DNA of 64,000 bases from Limnochordaceae bacterium (GCA_014896305.1 JADBKQ010000005.1:12381-76380), one strand, 5' to 3'. Positions 17,993 to 28,151 are shown, counted from the stretch's first letter. Translations and numbers: made by a program. Notes: generated from the letters alone by a model not told the origin.

Positions 17993-18847
17993 TTGAACGA
18001 GCTCCGTGAGGATTCTTCCGTTACCGTCCCCTTGCCCGAGTCGTCCTCGCCGGCTCCGTCCTCGGACAGGACTAGCCTTTCCGGATGGGCGCTGATTCTG
18101 GGAGCATCGAGTGGCTTTGGCCGGGCCACAGCGCTGGCCCTGGCCCGAGCCGGGATGGACATTATCGGCGTGCACCTGGACCGAAAAGCGACGTTACCCC
18201 AGGCAGAGGCGGTGCAGGCAGCCATTCGCGCGGCTGGCCGGCAGGCGCTCTTTTTCAACGTAAACGCCGCTGCGCCCGAGAGTCGCCAGCAAGTGATCGC
18301 CGCCCTGCAGGAGCACCAAGCGCAGGTCCGGGTGCTGCTGCACTCGCTGGCTTTCGGCTCTTTGAAGCCTTTCCTGGCGGACAAGCCGCAGGATGCCATC
18401 ACGCAGAGTCAGATGGACATGACACTGGACGTCATGGCCAACTCCCTGGTCTACTGGGTACAGGACCTGCTCCGGGCGAACTGCTTGGCGAAGAATGGCC
18501 GTATCTTTGCCATGACCAGCGCCGGCTCGGCCCGAGCCTGGTACTCGTACGGAGCGGTCTCCGCGGCCAAGGCCGCGTTGGAGTCGCACTGCCGGCAACT
18601 GGCACTGGAGCTTGCGAAGCACCAGATCACCGTCAACGCCCTGCGGGCGGGTACGACCGATACTCCCGCTTTGCAGAAGATCCCCGGCCACGAGGCGATG
18701 CTGGAAGACTCTCTCCGGCACAATCCTTCCGGCCGGTTAACACAACCGGAAGATATCGGCCAGGCCATTGTGGCCCTCGCCTCGCCAGATACATATTGGA
18801 TCACCGGGAACGTGATCAACGTGGACGGGGGAGAGTTCATTGCCTGA
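17993..18847 (+). CDS. short-chain dehydrogenase/reductase (enoyl-ACP-reductase-like SDR)
   Basis: Contains ILGASSGFGRA (TGxxxGxG-type NAD(P) site), the YSYGAVSAAKAALE (YxxxK) catalytic motif and a C-terminal ITGNVINVDGG. The TTG start at 17993 has AGGAGG 6 nt upstream. The longest ORF starts at 17906. Confidence 0.85.
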   Translation: MNELREDSSVTVPLPESSSPAPSSDRTSLSGWALILGASSGFGRATALALARAGMDIIGVHLDRKATLPQAEAVQAAIRAAGRQALFFNVNAAAPESRQQVIAALQEHQAQVRVLLHSLAFGSLKPFLADKPQDAITQSQMDMTLDVMANSLVYWVQDLLRANCLAKNGRIFAMTSAGSARAWYSYGAVSAAKAALESHCRQLALELAKHQITVNALRAGTTDTPALQKIPGHEAMLEDSLRHNPSGRLTQPEDIGQAIVALASPDTYWITGNVINVDGGEFIA

Positions 18848-19472
18848 ACCGCCCGAGCCCAAAAAACACTCCAGCCTCAAGCGGACGCGGGTCACCAGCC
18901 GCCTGCTCGTCGTCGATGAGGGCCGTTCCGACCCGTCGCCGCGGCTGCTGCTGGTGAGCAGCGCCGGTGGACAGGCCTGGGTCACCCCTGGGGGGACATG
19001 GGAGCCCCAGACCGGCGAGGAGCTCATCCAGGCGGCGGTCCGTGAAGGGATGGAGGAGGCCGGCTTGTTCACGCAGGTGGAACGGTTACTGTATGTCTGG
19101 CTGTACATCCCCCCGCAGCCAGCCGGCGAGGCAAGAAGCCCAGCGGACGGATCGCCAGGCCCGACCGGCAACGGAGTTGCCCAGCCCGCACCCGTGGTGG
19201 AGTTCTTTTTCCTCGCCCACCCGGCAGCCTCCGGCGCTAGTGGCGGAGCGTCTGGCCGGGCCGGTGAAGGGTCTGTGCCGGCTCCTAGCTCCTGGCAGCA
19301 GGCGGACCCGGACGGCCCGCAACGCCACGTACGGTGGTTCACCCGGGCGGAAATGGCCCAGCTGCAGCAGCCCTTCTATCCTGCCCTGCTGCGCGACCGC
19401 TTCTGGGCCGACCTGGATCAGGGTCGGCGAACCGGCCGGTGGCCCGATCCTTACCTCGGATACAGCAAGTAG
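18840..19472 (+). CDS. NUDIX hydrolase with low-complexity insertion
   Basis: Nudix box GGTWEPQTGEELIQAAVREGMEEAGL. The TTG start overlaps the SDR stop by 8 nt. Confidence 0.8.
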   Translation: MPEPPEPKKHSSLKRTRVTSRLLVVDEGRSDPSPRLLLVSSAGGQAWVTPGGTWEPQTGEELIQAAVREGMEEAGLFTQVERLLYVWLYIPPQPAGEARSPADGSPGPTGNGVAQPAPVVEFFFLAHPAASGASGGASGRAGEGSVPAPSSWQQADPDGPQRHVRWFTRAEMAQLQQPFYPALLRDRFWADLDQGRRTGRWPDPYLGYSK

Positions 19473-20848
19473 GGCTGGCGGCGCCGGGCAAAGTCGGACA
19501 AAGCTGGCTCATCCTCCTGAAGAATCGCCGTGGCTGGTCGCCCCTCCAGGATGCTCCGGCGAATCCGGTCCGTTCCTACCACGAGATCAAACATGTTCCG
19601 CTGGCCGGCCGGAAACTGTACCCGCCCCGGCCACAGCTGTTGCAGCAGCGCCAATAGCTGAATGCCAGCCGCCGCCGGGCGGGCCACGGTCGCGTCCACC
19701 ACATGGACCTGCACCGCCCCCAGCCGCCGCCCGGCAAAGCGGTAGCCAGAGGGAACGATGTACGTCGGGCGAAAGTACAGGCCGGGCAACTCCAACCGGT
19801 TGGCTGCCGTCGCCAGCCGGAAGGGGTCGATCCACTCCGCACCCAGGTAAGAGAAGGGCTGGGCGGTGCCCACCCCGTCACTCAGGTTGGCGGTCTCGCC
19901 CAGCACCCCGCCCAGGCCAAACAACAAAGCGGCCTCGGGGGTAGGAATCTGCGGCGAAGGAGCGACCCAGGGGAGGCCGGTGTCCGACCAGAGCATCGAC
20001 CGTGACCACCCCTGCATCGGAATGACGGTCAGGTCCGCCCCCAAACGATACTCCTGGTTGAAGAACCGGGCCAGTTCGCCGATGGTCATCCCATGCCGCA
20101 ACGGAATGGGGTAGATGCCGACAAACGAAAGAAAGTCCGGTTCGGCGACAGGACCTTCCAGCACCAGTCCCCCGAGCGGGTTGGGACGGTCGGTCACTAC
20201 GACGGGGACGTGCGCCTTCGCCGCCGCCCGCAGGACATAGACCATTGTCGAGATGTAGGTGTAATGCCGCCAGCCAATGTCGGGCAGGTCTATCACCAGA
20301 AGGTCGAGTCCAGCCAGCTGAGCAGGGCTCGGTTCACGAGTAGACCCGTAGAGGCTGTAGACGGGCACGCCCGTTCCGGGGTCGACCTCATCTGGCACCG
20401 TCTGCCCCGCCGGTCGGTCTCCCCGCAGCCCATGCTCGGGCGCAAACAAGGCGACCAGCCTTCCGCCGACCGTCGGCAAGGCCATGGCCAACCGGTCCGC
20501 CGTTGCCTGCAGATGCGCGTCCACCGCTGCCTGGTTGGTGACGAGCCCGACCCGCTTCCCTCGCAACTGTTCACGGCCCTGGGTCAGAAGAACATCAATT
20601 CCCAGTTGCAACGACCGCGCCGGCACGGCTGCGACAACGCCCGAATCGTACCAGCCCAGCAACCCCCAAGCCAGCGCCAGACCGATCGTCCATGTCCGGC
20701 TCGCCCGGGCCACGGCCGCGAGGACTCCTCGCTGGCCATTAGCCGGCGTAAACCAGTGCCGATCCAGCTTTTCTTTCAGGGGTAAGGATTCTGGGCGTTG
20801 GCCATCGCCCCGGCAGGGGAAGCACCCGCTCAAACCTTGGCCGTTCAC
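19451..20848 (-). CDS. DUF1343 family protein (NamZ-like exo-beta-N-acetylmuramidase family)
   Basis: Contains GKRVGLVTNQAAV, LFAPEHGLRGD, VPVYSLYG, LLVIDLPDIGWRHYTYISTM and VVTDRPNPLGG, all characteristic of DUF1343. N-terminal hydrophobic anchor. The exact start is uncertain. Confidence 0.85.
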   Translation of the reverse strand: MNGQGLSGCFPCRGDGQRPESLPLKEKLDRHWFTPANGQRGVLAAVARASRTWTIGLALAWGLLGWYDSGVVAAVPARSLQLGIDVLLTQGREQLRGKRVGLVTNQAAVDAHLQATADRLAMALPTVGGRLVALFAPEHGLRGDRPAGQTVPDEVDPGTGVPVYSLYGSTREPSPAQLAGLDLLVIDLPDIGWRHYTYISTMVYVLRAAAKAHVPVVVTDRPNPLGGLVLEGPVAEPDFLSFVGIYPIPLRHGMTIGELARFFNQEYRLGADLTVIPMQGWSRSMLWSDTGLPWVAPSPQIPTPEAALLFGLGGVLGETANLSDGVGTAQPFSYLGAEWIDPFRLATAANRLELPGLYFRPTYIVPSGYRFAGRRLGAVQVHVVDATVARPAAAGIQLLALLQQLWPGRVQFPAGQRNMFDLVVGTDRIRRSILEGRPATAILQEDEPALSDFARRRQPYLLYPR

Positions 20849-20854
20849 CCCGTC

Positions 20855-21178
20855 TCACGCTCCCGACTCGAAGTCCAGTTTCACCCAGAGTTCTCCATCC
20901 CGAATCTCAGCCGGAAACGCCTGCACGCCGGTGACGGCTGGCAGACTCAACGCCCTGCCGGTGGCCAGGTCGAAGCGGGCGCCGTGGAGGGGACAGACAA
21001 CCTGCCGACCCTCCAGCCGCCCATCTGCCAAAGAGGCCTCTTCGTGGGAGCAGGTGTCCTCGATCACATAAGGGGTATCGTCCACCCGAAAGATGGCCAA
21101 TGCGAAACCATCCACCAACCGGCGCACGCCCTGCCCGGAGGGGATCTCCGCCCACCGGCCCACTTTCCGCCACCCCAT
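20855..21178 (-). CDS. Rieske [2Fe-2S] ferredoxin
   Basis: Rieske ligand motifs CSHEEASL and CPLHGARF. ATG 21178 is preferred over the track GTG 21211. It starts about 60 nt downstream of the sufB stop. Confidence 0.85.
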   Translation of the reverse strand: MGWRKVGRWAEIPSGQGVRRLVDGFALAIFRVDDTPYVIEDTCSHEEASLADGRLEGRQVVCPLHGARFDLATGRALSLPAVTGVQAFPAEIRDGELWVKLDFESGA

Positions 21179-21236
21179 CCTCCGACCTTCCTCCTGCTCC
21201 CACCCTACCACAGGCTTGCCCCAGACGTTCGTCGCC

Positions 21237-22640
21237 TCAACCGACAGAGCCCTCCATCTCCAGTTGGATGAGACGGTTCAACTCCACCGCATACTCCATC
21301 GGCAGCTCTTTGGCGAACGGCTCCACAAAGCCCATGATGATCATCATGGTCGCCTGATCTTCCGTCAGCCCCCGGCTCATCAAGTAGAACAACTGCTCTT
21401 CGCTGATCTTGGAGACAGTCGCCTCGTGTTCGAGACTGACCCGATCCTCCTGGATCTCCAGGTTGGGAACGGTGTCGGACCGGGCTGTCTCCCCCAGCAT
21501 GAGCGCATCGCAGTTCGTCTTCGACTTGGCCCCGACGGCTCCCTTCGCAACCTTCACCAGGCCCCGGAAGACCGTGTACCCGCCGTCGAAGCTGATGGAC
21601 TTGGAGGTGATCGTGGACGTGGTATCGGGTGCCGCATGGATCACCTTCGCCCCGGCATCCTGCACCTGACCCCGCCCCGCCACGGCGATGGAGAGGACAT
21701 CCGCCTTGGCCCCCCGCCCCACCATATAGACGGCCGGGTACTTCATGGTCGTCTTGGAACCGATGTTCCCATCGACCCATTCCACCGTTGCCGTTTCGTA
21801 GGCCAGCGCCCGTTTGGTCACTAGGTTATATACATTGGTGGACCAGTTCTGGATGGTTGTATAGCGTACCCGTGCCCCCGGCCGGGCAATGATCTCCACC
21901 ACTGCACTATGAAGCGAATCGGAGCTGTAAATCGGAGCGGTGCAACCCTCCACGTAGTGAACGAAGCTGCCCTCATCTGCGATGATGAGCGTCCGCTCGA
22001 ACTGCCCCATCCGCTCCGCATTGATGCGGAAATAAGCCTGTAGCGGGATATCCACCCGTACCCCCTTGGGCACGTAAATGAAGCTTCCGCCGCTCCAGAC
22101 GGCACTGTTGAGCGCCGCGAACTTGTTGTCCTCAGGCGGAACGACGGTGGCGAAATACTCTCGGAAAAGATCCGGATACTCTCGTAAGGCCGAGTCGGTG
22201 TCCAGGAAGATGACTCCCTGCTTGGCCAAGTTCTCCCGGATGCTGTGGTAGACGACTTCACTTTCATACTGGGCAGACACGCCAGCTAGATACTTCCGTT
22301 CTGCCTGGGGAATTCCCAGCCGGTCGAACGTGTTTTTGATGGTGTCCGGCACCTCATCCCAGGTGCGCCCCGGCCGGTCGGACGGGCGAACATAGTAGTG
22401 AATCTGGTCGAACTGCAAGCCGGACAGGTCCGCCCCCCAGCGGGGCATCGGCTTTTGCAGAAAGATCTCCAGCGCCCGCAGGCGGAACTGCCGCATCCAG
22501 TCCGGCTCCCCTTTTTGCTCGGAGATCTCCTCCACCACTCTCCGTGACAGCCCTGTGCCGGTGCTATATACGACGAGCTCCGGATCCCGGAACCCGTACT
22601 CATAATCCTTGATGCCCAGGTCGAGCAGACGCTTGGCCAT
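21237..22640 (-). CDS. sufB: Fe-S cluster assembly protein SufB
   Basis: 467 aa with a full-length SufB-like sequence, including ...[15 protein letters not shown]... and an N-terminal YEYGF motif. AGGAGGGGG SD upstream. Confidence 0.95.
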   Translation of the reverse strand: MAKRLLDLGIKDYEYGFRDPELVVYSTGTGLSRRVVEEISEQKGEPDWMRQFRLRALEIFLQKPMPRWGADLSGLQFDQIHYYVRPSDRPGRTWDEVPDTIKNTFDRLGIPQAERKYLAGVSAQYESEVVYHSIRENLAKQGVIFLDTDSALREYPDLFREYFATVVPPEDNKFAALNSAVWSGGSFIYVPKGVRVDIPLQAYFRINAERMGQFERTLIIADEGSFVHYVEGCTAPIYSSDSLHSAVVEIIARPGARVRYTTIQNWSTNVYNLVTKRALAYETATVEWVDGNIGSKTTMKYPAVYMVGRGAKADVLSIAVAGRGQVQDAGAKVIHAAPDTTSTITSKSISFDGGYTVFRGLVKVAKGAVGAKSKTNCDALMLGETARSDTVPNLEIQEDRVSLEHEATVSKISEEQLFYLMSRGLTEDQATMMIIMGFVEPFAKELPMEYAVELNRLIQLEMEGSVG

Positions 22641-22812
22641 GGTTCCCCCTCCTTACGTTCCTGCCGGCATTGTACTGCAATCCCGACTAAAATGGTAGGG
22701 GTTCCAGCCAGAAAGGCAACCAAAATCGTAGGGATTGGGATGCCAGGAATTGTGTCCATCGAGCAAAGGCTGCAGCTCGGTCGGAACGGCCGTACCCGCT
22801 AAATGGGGCCCT

Positions 22813-23265
22813 CTAAGCTTGGTCGCCGGGACGCCGTTCACCCGCGCGGGTCACAGGCCCGGTCGCCCGCCGCCGGGCGCGCCGGGCCCGCTTCCACTCC
22901 AGGAGTTCGTTGATCCCTCGGTACGCCGCCTCCCAGTCGTCCCGAAAGGGGACCGCCCGATCGTCCAGATAGGCATCGGCCGCCGGTTTGCCGGCGTTGG
23001 TGTCCGACGGCCCGTCGGGGTCGCGGTTGATCCCATCGTAAGGAATACCGTGCGCTTGGAGATAACGGGCAATCTCATCCACCTCGGAGCGGGTCGTATA
23101 GATGAGGATCTTCCAGCCCTCGGTTTTCAGACGCTGCAATGTTTCCACCGCCCCCGGGAGAGGCGGGTCGAACACACCCCGGCCGCGGTAATGGTCGTAA
23201 TCGGTAATCGTACCATCAAAATCGACGCAAAGCGTCCGCTGGTGGGGCGGCTGTCTAGCTGGCAT
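22813..23265 (-). CDS. HAD-superfamily phosphatase (small, capless type)
   Basis: DxDGT motif (CVDFDGTITD), a YTTR segment, and KPAADAYLDD. ATG 23265 is preceded by GGAGGAAAG. The longer track ORF (23433) would overlap the upstream gene. Confidence 0.7.
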   Translation of the reverse strand: MPARQPPHQRTLCVDFDGTITDYDHYRGRGVFDPPLPGAVETLQRLKTEGWKILIYTTRSEVDEIARYLQAHGIPYDGINRDPDGPSDTNAGKPAADAYLDDRAVPFRDDWEAAYRGINELLEWKRARRARRRATGPVTRAGERRPGDQA

Positions 23266-23416
23266 AGTTCTCTTTCCTCCACGTGTCGGCCATGGTAAGG
23301 CTGCCGCCCGTTCTCGGCTGACAAAGAGCGGGGAGGCCAGCGCAATACTACCGGCGACCCCGCTCCTCTTCACCTGCCGTTGTGAACCCGGACCCCCAGC
23401 TCCAGGCGGGAGCAGC

Positions 23417-24505
23417 TCACTCCGCACCCACACGAGCCGGCACTCGCTTCAGCTTCTTCGCCTCCGGCGGCAACAGCGGTTCCACCAGGGGAAGAGTCAC
23501 CGGAGCCCCCAGCCGGGCCGACTGGTACATGGCCAGGACCAGCTCCATCGCTTTCTTGCCCTCTTCCCCGTCGATGTACGGTCTCGTGCCCTCTCTCACC
23601 GAACGATAGAAGTCATTGATCTGCAGCCGGTGGCTTTGCCCCCAGTACCCCGGGCCGAGCGTCGGCTGATCCGGATCGGTAACGGGGTCGACGATCCGTG
23701 TCTCGTTACCCACCTTGATCTGGGCAACGTCCTTGATCACCCGGATCATTCCCTTGGTTCCAACCAGCTCCACGAAAACGTCCGCATCGTATGGGTAGTA
23801 GCAGTTCGCATACAGACTGGCCGTCGCCCCGCTCTGGAAGCGGATGGTCGCCTCTGCCACGTCGTCCACGTTGATCATGTCGTGGTTACGGGTGTCATAG
23901 GTCGCCGTCACCGACTCCGCCGGCCCCATCAACCACTGCACCAGATCCAACGTGTGGATGGCCTGGTCAATGAGGACTCCCCCACCCTCCTTGTCCCAGG
24001 TACCTTTCCAATCACTGTGGCTGTAGTATTCGTCGCTCCGGTTCCACGTCAAGAAGGCTCTGGCTCCGCGAATCTCGCCGATCTCGCCGGAGTCCACGGC
24101 CTGGCGGGCTGCCTGGGAGGCCGTGTTATACCGGTTTTGGAAGATGACTCCCAACGTCACACCATGTTCCTTCGCCGCCCGGATCATGGCATCGGCGTCA
24201 GAAGGGCGAAGAGCCATCGGCTTTTCCGTCAAGATATGCTTCCCGTGCTCGGCGGCGGCAATCGTCATCGGGGCGTGCAGGTAGTGAGGCGTGCAAATCT
24301 CGACGGCATCGATGTCAGAACGATTGATGGCCTTCTCCCAATCGGTCTCCGCCTGACAACCGTATTGAGCGGCAAAGGCCTCAGCCCGCTCCGGCCGAAT
24401 ATCGACCGCCAGCGCCAGGGTGGCTTCGGATGAACGCGCCAGCGCAGCGGCATGCACCCGGGCCACACGTCCACAACCAATCAGTGCAACCCTTACCTTA
24501 TCCAC
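23417..24505 (-). CDS. Gfo/Idh/MocA family NAD(P)-dependent oxidoreductase
   Basis: The N-terminal Rossmann motif VRVALIGCGRVARVHA and the EKPMA motif are present. GTG 24505 has GGGAAAGG 8 nt upstream. The alternative start is 24529. Confidence 0.9.
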   Translation of the reverse strand: MDKVRVALIGCGRVARVHAAALARSSEATLALAVDIRPERAEAFAAQYGCQAETDWEKAINRSDIDAVEICTPHYLHAPMTIAAAEHGKHILTEKPMALRPSDADAMIRAAKEHGVTLGVIFQNRYNTASQAARQAVDSGEIGEIRGARAFLTWNRSDEYYSHSDWKGTWDKEGGGVLIDQAIHTLDLVQWLMGPAESVTATYDTRNHDMINVDDVAEATIRFQSGATASLYANCYYPYDADVFVELVGTKGMIRVIKDVAQIKVGNETRIVDPVTDPDQPTLGPGYWGQSHRLQINDFYRSVREGTRPYIDGEEGKKAMELVLAMYQSARLGAPVTLPLVEPLLPPEAKKLKRVPARVGAE

Positions 24506-24731
24506 CGGGACCGACCTTTCCCACCCCACATAGTCTCCGTGCGCGGGGCGTCGCAGACAGTATACACAAGCTCCCTGGGCCAGGCAACGCCCCGCCCCGG
24601 CTGAAGGGAGACGCCCTTCCCCGGCTCACCCGCCACCTGGCCTGCCCCCGGAAGCCACCATTGTTATGGTCGTCGTCGGCAACGACGCCTCAGGCTCGAC
24701 CCCGTCGCGGTTGGCTTCATCTCCCTCCGGC

Positions 24732-25934
24732 TCAAGCACCGAACTTCTGCAAGCGCAGGCCGTTGGCCAACATCAACGGCATGATGTCGCTCGCATGGAT
24801 GAAGCCCAGCGCCCCCCGAGCACAGTCACTCTCCCCGAATTTCTCCACCCACGGGTTGACCCGCACGTAGCGACCGGAGAGCAGGATGGGAACCGGATGC
24901 CAACTGTGGGCTTTGAGGGCCGCCGGCGTCGAGTGATCTCCCGTTACCGCCAGCACGTCCGGGTGAAGCGCCAGGAGCCTGGGCACAAGCCTGTCAACGG
25001 TCTCAATGACTTGGACTTTGCGGTCGAACGCACCGTCCTCGCCGGAACTGTCCGTGGGCTTGACGTGAAGGAAGAAGAAATCGAACTCCGACCAATGCCG
25101 CTCCAGGGTCTCGAACTCGTCTTCGATCTCGTGACCCGCATCCAGCACCTGCATCCCGACGAGACGGGCCAGCCCCCGGTACATGGGATAAACGGCGATG
25201 ACCGCACTCTTGAGGCCATAGCGCTCAGCAAACGTCGGCAAGTGGGGGAGCCGGTCGAAGCCGCGCAACAGGATCGTATTGGCCGGATGCTCATGGGCCA
25301 GCAGCTGATCGGCCTGCCTAACGAACTCATTGAACAAGGCTGCCGTCCGCTGCGAAGCTGCATCCGTTCCTCGGGCCTGCACCGGCAGGGGCGGTACCCC
25401 GGTCTTCTGAGGATCGGTATCGGACAGGTCCGCACCCAGGCCCTCGCCCCGGAACACGACCACCGCCCGGTACTGCATCTCCGGGCGGACGATAATCTCT
25501 ACCCCCGGCAAGGTGATTCGTTCCAGAATCTGGCACAGCCGGGCGCCCTCCTCGGTGGGAATCCGCCCCGCCCGGCGGTCCACAATGACCCCGTTCTGCT
25601 TGGTCGCGAAGTTGACCCGGCAGGCGACGTCCGAAGGATTGAGGTCAATCCCCACACCCAGCGCGGAAAGAACCCCACGCCCCACCAGATTTCGTACCGG
25701 GTCCAGGCCAAACAACCCCAGGTGGCCCGGCCCGCTCCCTGGCGTGATCCCCGGCGCTACAGGTGTCTGTAATCCTACCGAGGAACGCTTGGCCAGCTCG
25801 TCCAGGTTCGGCGTCCGAGCGGTTTCCAATTCTGTCTTCCCCGTCTGGGGGTGCGGCAGCCCACCCAGCCCATCCATGACGAGCAAAACTAGCTTGCTGT
25901 CACTACTGGTCACCAGTTCCTGTACCACATCCAC
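24732..25934 (-). CDS. apgM: cofactor-independent phosphoglycerate mutase, ApgM/archaeal type (alkaline-phosphatase superfamily)
   Basis: Contains LVLLVMDGLGGLP...TPNLDELA, GSGPGHLGLFG and VTGDHSTP. There is no in-frame ATG upstream of the conserved core. The start is assigned to a GTG after an AAGGAG. The longest ORF (26102) overlaps the upstream gene and is rejected. Confidence 0.8.
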   Translation of the reverse strand: MDVVQELVTSSDSKLVLLVMDGLGGLPHPQTGKTELETARTPNLDELAKRSSVGLQTPVAPGITPGSGPGHLGLFGLDPVRNLVGRGVLSALGVGIDLNPSDVACRVNFATKQNGVIVDRRAGRIPTEEGARLCQILERITLPGVEIIVRPEMQYRAVVVFRGEGLGADLSDTDPQKTGVPPLPVQARGTDAASQRTAALFNEFVRQADQLLAHEHPANTILLRGFDRLPHLPTFAERYGLKSAVIAVYPMYRGLARLVGMQVLDAGHEIEDEFETLERHWSEFDFFFLHVKPTDSSGEDGAFDRKVQVIETVDRLVPRLLALHPDVLAVTGDHSTPAALKAHSWHPVPILLSGRYVRVNPWVEKFGESDCARGALGFIHASDIMPLMLANGLRLQKFGA

Positions 25935-26043
25935 CGTCTCGTCCACTCCTTTAGTGATAGTGAAGCGTCCTTTCCGTGGAGCCCATCTGCTTGCCCATTC
26001 TACACCCAAGCCCGGCCCTTGCCGAGCCCGCTGGGAGCACACA

Positions 26044-28047
26044 CTATGTTTCCGCGGCAGGAAAGCGGGGCAACTGCAGCGCCAGGTGAAGGAGGTGGGC
26101 ACCCTGCGCGGAGGCTGGCCAAACGTCCAGCTCTACGGCGGACAACGCCCAAACGGATTCCTCGATCTCCAGCACGGACCAGTTGTCGGCCTCGACTCCA
26201 TCCCATGTGGCCAGGCGCTGTCCCGGCCGCACGCCCGCCAGCCAGGCGGCGCTCCCCGGCACGACCGCCGCTGCCCAGATGCTCCCATCCGCCTTCTGTT
26301 CCCAGCGTACCCCGGCTGCGTCCAGAGAAAACTCCTGGCCAGCGGAGCGTTCGCCAGCCGCCAGATAGACCTGCCCGTGGACAAAGTCCCAGAGCCAGCG
26401 GCCTGTCTGCAGCAGCGCTCCGCCCAGCAGAACCTCGGGAACATCCGCTTCATTCAGGACATCCAGCACGTCTGCCAGCGACTGTCCCCCCGGTGTCGAG
26501 CGGTCAGCCATCGACCAGGCCCACACCCCAACCCATTCTCGGGGTCCTAGCCGCACCCGCGGCAGCCGGTACGCCTCTCCCGGCAGAACGGTGGGCCCGC
26601 CGTCTTGCCCGGCCCAGGCCACCACCCGGGGAATGATTCCCGGTACGGCCCGCTCGGGATTGCCACCGACCCGCCAGCGGCGCCACGGTTCACCCCGGGC
26701 AGCCAGCGCAAAACCGGCACTACTCTGCACGCCCGCCCGTACCGGTTCCTCTCCCACCTGGAGCAACACCGTCGGCAGCGCGTGAGGACCGTGGGGCCGC
26801 CACTCCAGCGGCAATGCTTGTACCCCGGAGGTTTGCCAAACGGCTGGCAGTTGCGGGCTATTCCACACCCGCAGGCAACGGCCGGGGCCATCTAGCTCCA
26901 CCAAGAGACTTCGCCAAACGTCGAGCCCAATCCAACCGCCCAACGGCTGGCGGGGAGCGGGCGACGGTTCCACAAAAGATGAGGGAGGCGGATCCGGCAG
27001 CCGGTGGGCAGGCCAATCCGCCACCAGCAGCTCCGGCATCTCTAAACGCAAGGATGGCGAGTCGGGCCCGCTTGCCAGCACCCAGTTCCACACCGCGGAA
27101 TGCTCCTGCCCCAGCTCGACAGCGAACCAGAACGGTCCCCGCCCGTTGACCCTGGCTTGCACATAGGGTCGTAGCCCCGCCCAACGTACAGGGATCTCGA
27201 CCTGCTCCCGGTGAACCCCGAGTTGTGCCCGGCGGCGGCCGCCCTGCCCCGGGACCATAAACAGCGTCTCCGGCAACGGCGGATCGATCTCCACGAGTTC
27301 CCAGTCAAATTTCCAACCGGCTGCGCCCACTTGCGGGTACAAACGGAGTTGAAAGGGTAAGGTCAGGTCCTGCAGCCGCCGGTACTCCGACCATTGTATT
27401 TCCCCTTCCTGTCCCGCACCGACCCGCCATCGCCAGGCAGCCGGAAGGCCGGTGGCCCGGTCTACCTCCAGCTGGCTTTCGATTCCCTCCGGCCATCTCC
27501 ACTGCCAAACGGTGAACAGCTGAACGGGACGGTCAACGCCCGCCCCACCCCGTTCTCCCACGAAGGCCAACCCCACGCCGCCATTTGGCTCGTTTTGGAT
27601 CCAGGGTCGGACCACGGGGCCGCACAACCCCCAGTGCGCCAGTGCCAGTGCAGCTTGCCGCTGGGCGAGGGGAAGGACCGTCGCCTGCAACTGCCTCCCC
27701 TCTCCCATCAGACAGTACGCCTGCCCTCCTGCTACCACCCAGGTGACGGCCGGTTGATGCGGTTGCGGCCAATAGATTTGCAGCCGCATTTGGCCCCCGG
27801 CCGTGACCCACAGCCGGGCCTCACCCGACTGCGGGGGCGAGGCTGCCGGCGGGCCGATGCGGGCATCGATGGGAGCCAGCGTACCCTGCCACCGCAACGC
27901 GGTGAGGCCGGCCCACCGTAGATGACCGCCTACCGCCTGATTCCATCGTTCCCAGAACCGGGCAGCCAGGCCGGAGCTGCGCCCTGCATCGTTACCGGTG
28001 GAACGCCGGCCAGACCGCGACGGCTTGTTTGCCGGCTGCCTGCTCAT
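26044..28047 (-). CDS. large Trp/Arg-rich hypothetical protein with C-terminal PDZ-like domain
   Basis: 667-aa uninterrupted ORF with coding-like composition. The C-terminal AAVVPGSAAWLAGVRPGQRLATWDGVEAD resembles a PDZ carboxylate-binding region. Two internal segments resemble retropepsin-like folds (see findings). Confidence 0.6.
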   Translation of the reverse strand: MSRQPANKPSRSGRRSTGNDAGRSSGLAARFWERWNQAVGGHLRWAGLTALRWQGTLAPIDARIGPPAASPPQSGEARLWVTAGGQMRLQIYWPQPHQPAVTWVVAGGQAYCLMGEGRQLQATVLPLAQRQAALALAHWGLCGPVVRPWIQNEPNGGVGLAFVGERGGAGVDRPVQLFTVWQWRWPEGIESQLEVDRATGLPAAWRWRVGAGQEGEIQWSEYRRLQDLTLPFQLRLYPQVGAAGWKFDWELVEIDPPLPETLFMVPGQGGRRRAQLGVHREQVEIPVRWAGLRPYVQARVNGRGPFWFAVELGQEHSAVWNWVLASGPDSPSLRLEMPELLVADWPAHRLPDPPPSSFVEPSPAPRQPLGGWIGLDVWRSLLVELDGPGRCLRVWNSPQLPAVWQTSGVQALPLEWRPHGPHALPTVLLQVGEEPVRAGVQSSAGFALAARGEPWRRWRVGGNPERAVPGIIPRVVAWAGQDGGPTVLPGEAYRLPRVRLGPREWVGVWAWSMADRSTPGGQSLADVLDVLNEADVPEVLLGGALLQTGRWLWDFVHGQVYLAAGERSAGQEFSLDAAGVRWEQKADGSIWAAAVVPGSAAWLAGVRPGQRLATWDGVEADNWSVLEIEESVWALSAVELDVWPASAQGAHLLHLALQLPRFPAAET

Positions 28048-28151
28048 GTTCGGTCTGTCTCCTGCGACGTGTGGAATGCCGAGGACGGCCCCCTCCGTCC
28101 CGGCCTAACGACATAAAGCCCTGTGCAAACGGAGAAAAGGGCCGCACATAA

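Noticed and set aside
22653-22841. 62-aa minus-strand ORF ending 12 nt before the sufB start (a possible leader or small gene)
   Set aside because: It has a GTG start without an SD. Hand-counted GC3 is about 60%, lower than neighbouring genes. It overlaps the HAD gene 3' end and the sufB SD/promoter. It more likely represents non-coding promoter sequence.
24666-25772. 368-aa plus-strand ORF
   Set aside because: It is antisense to the ApgM-type mutase gene. No recognisable domain.
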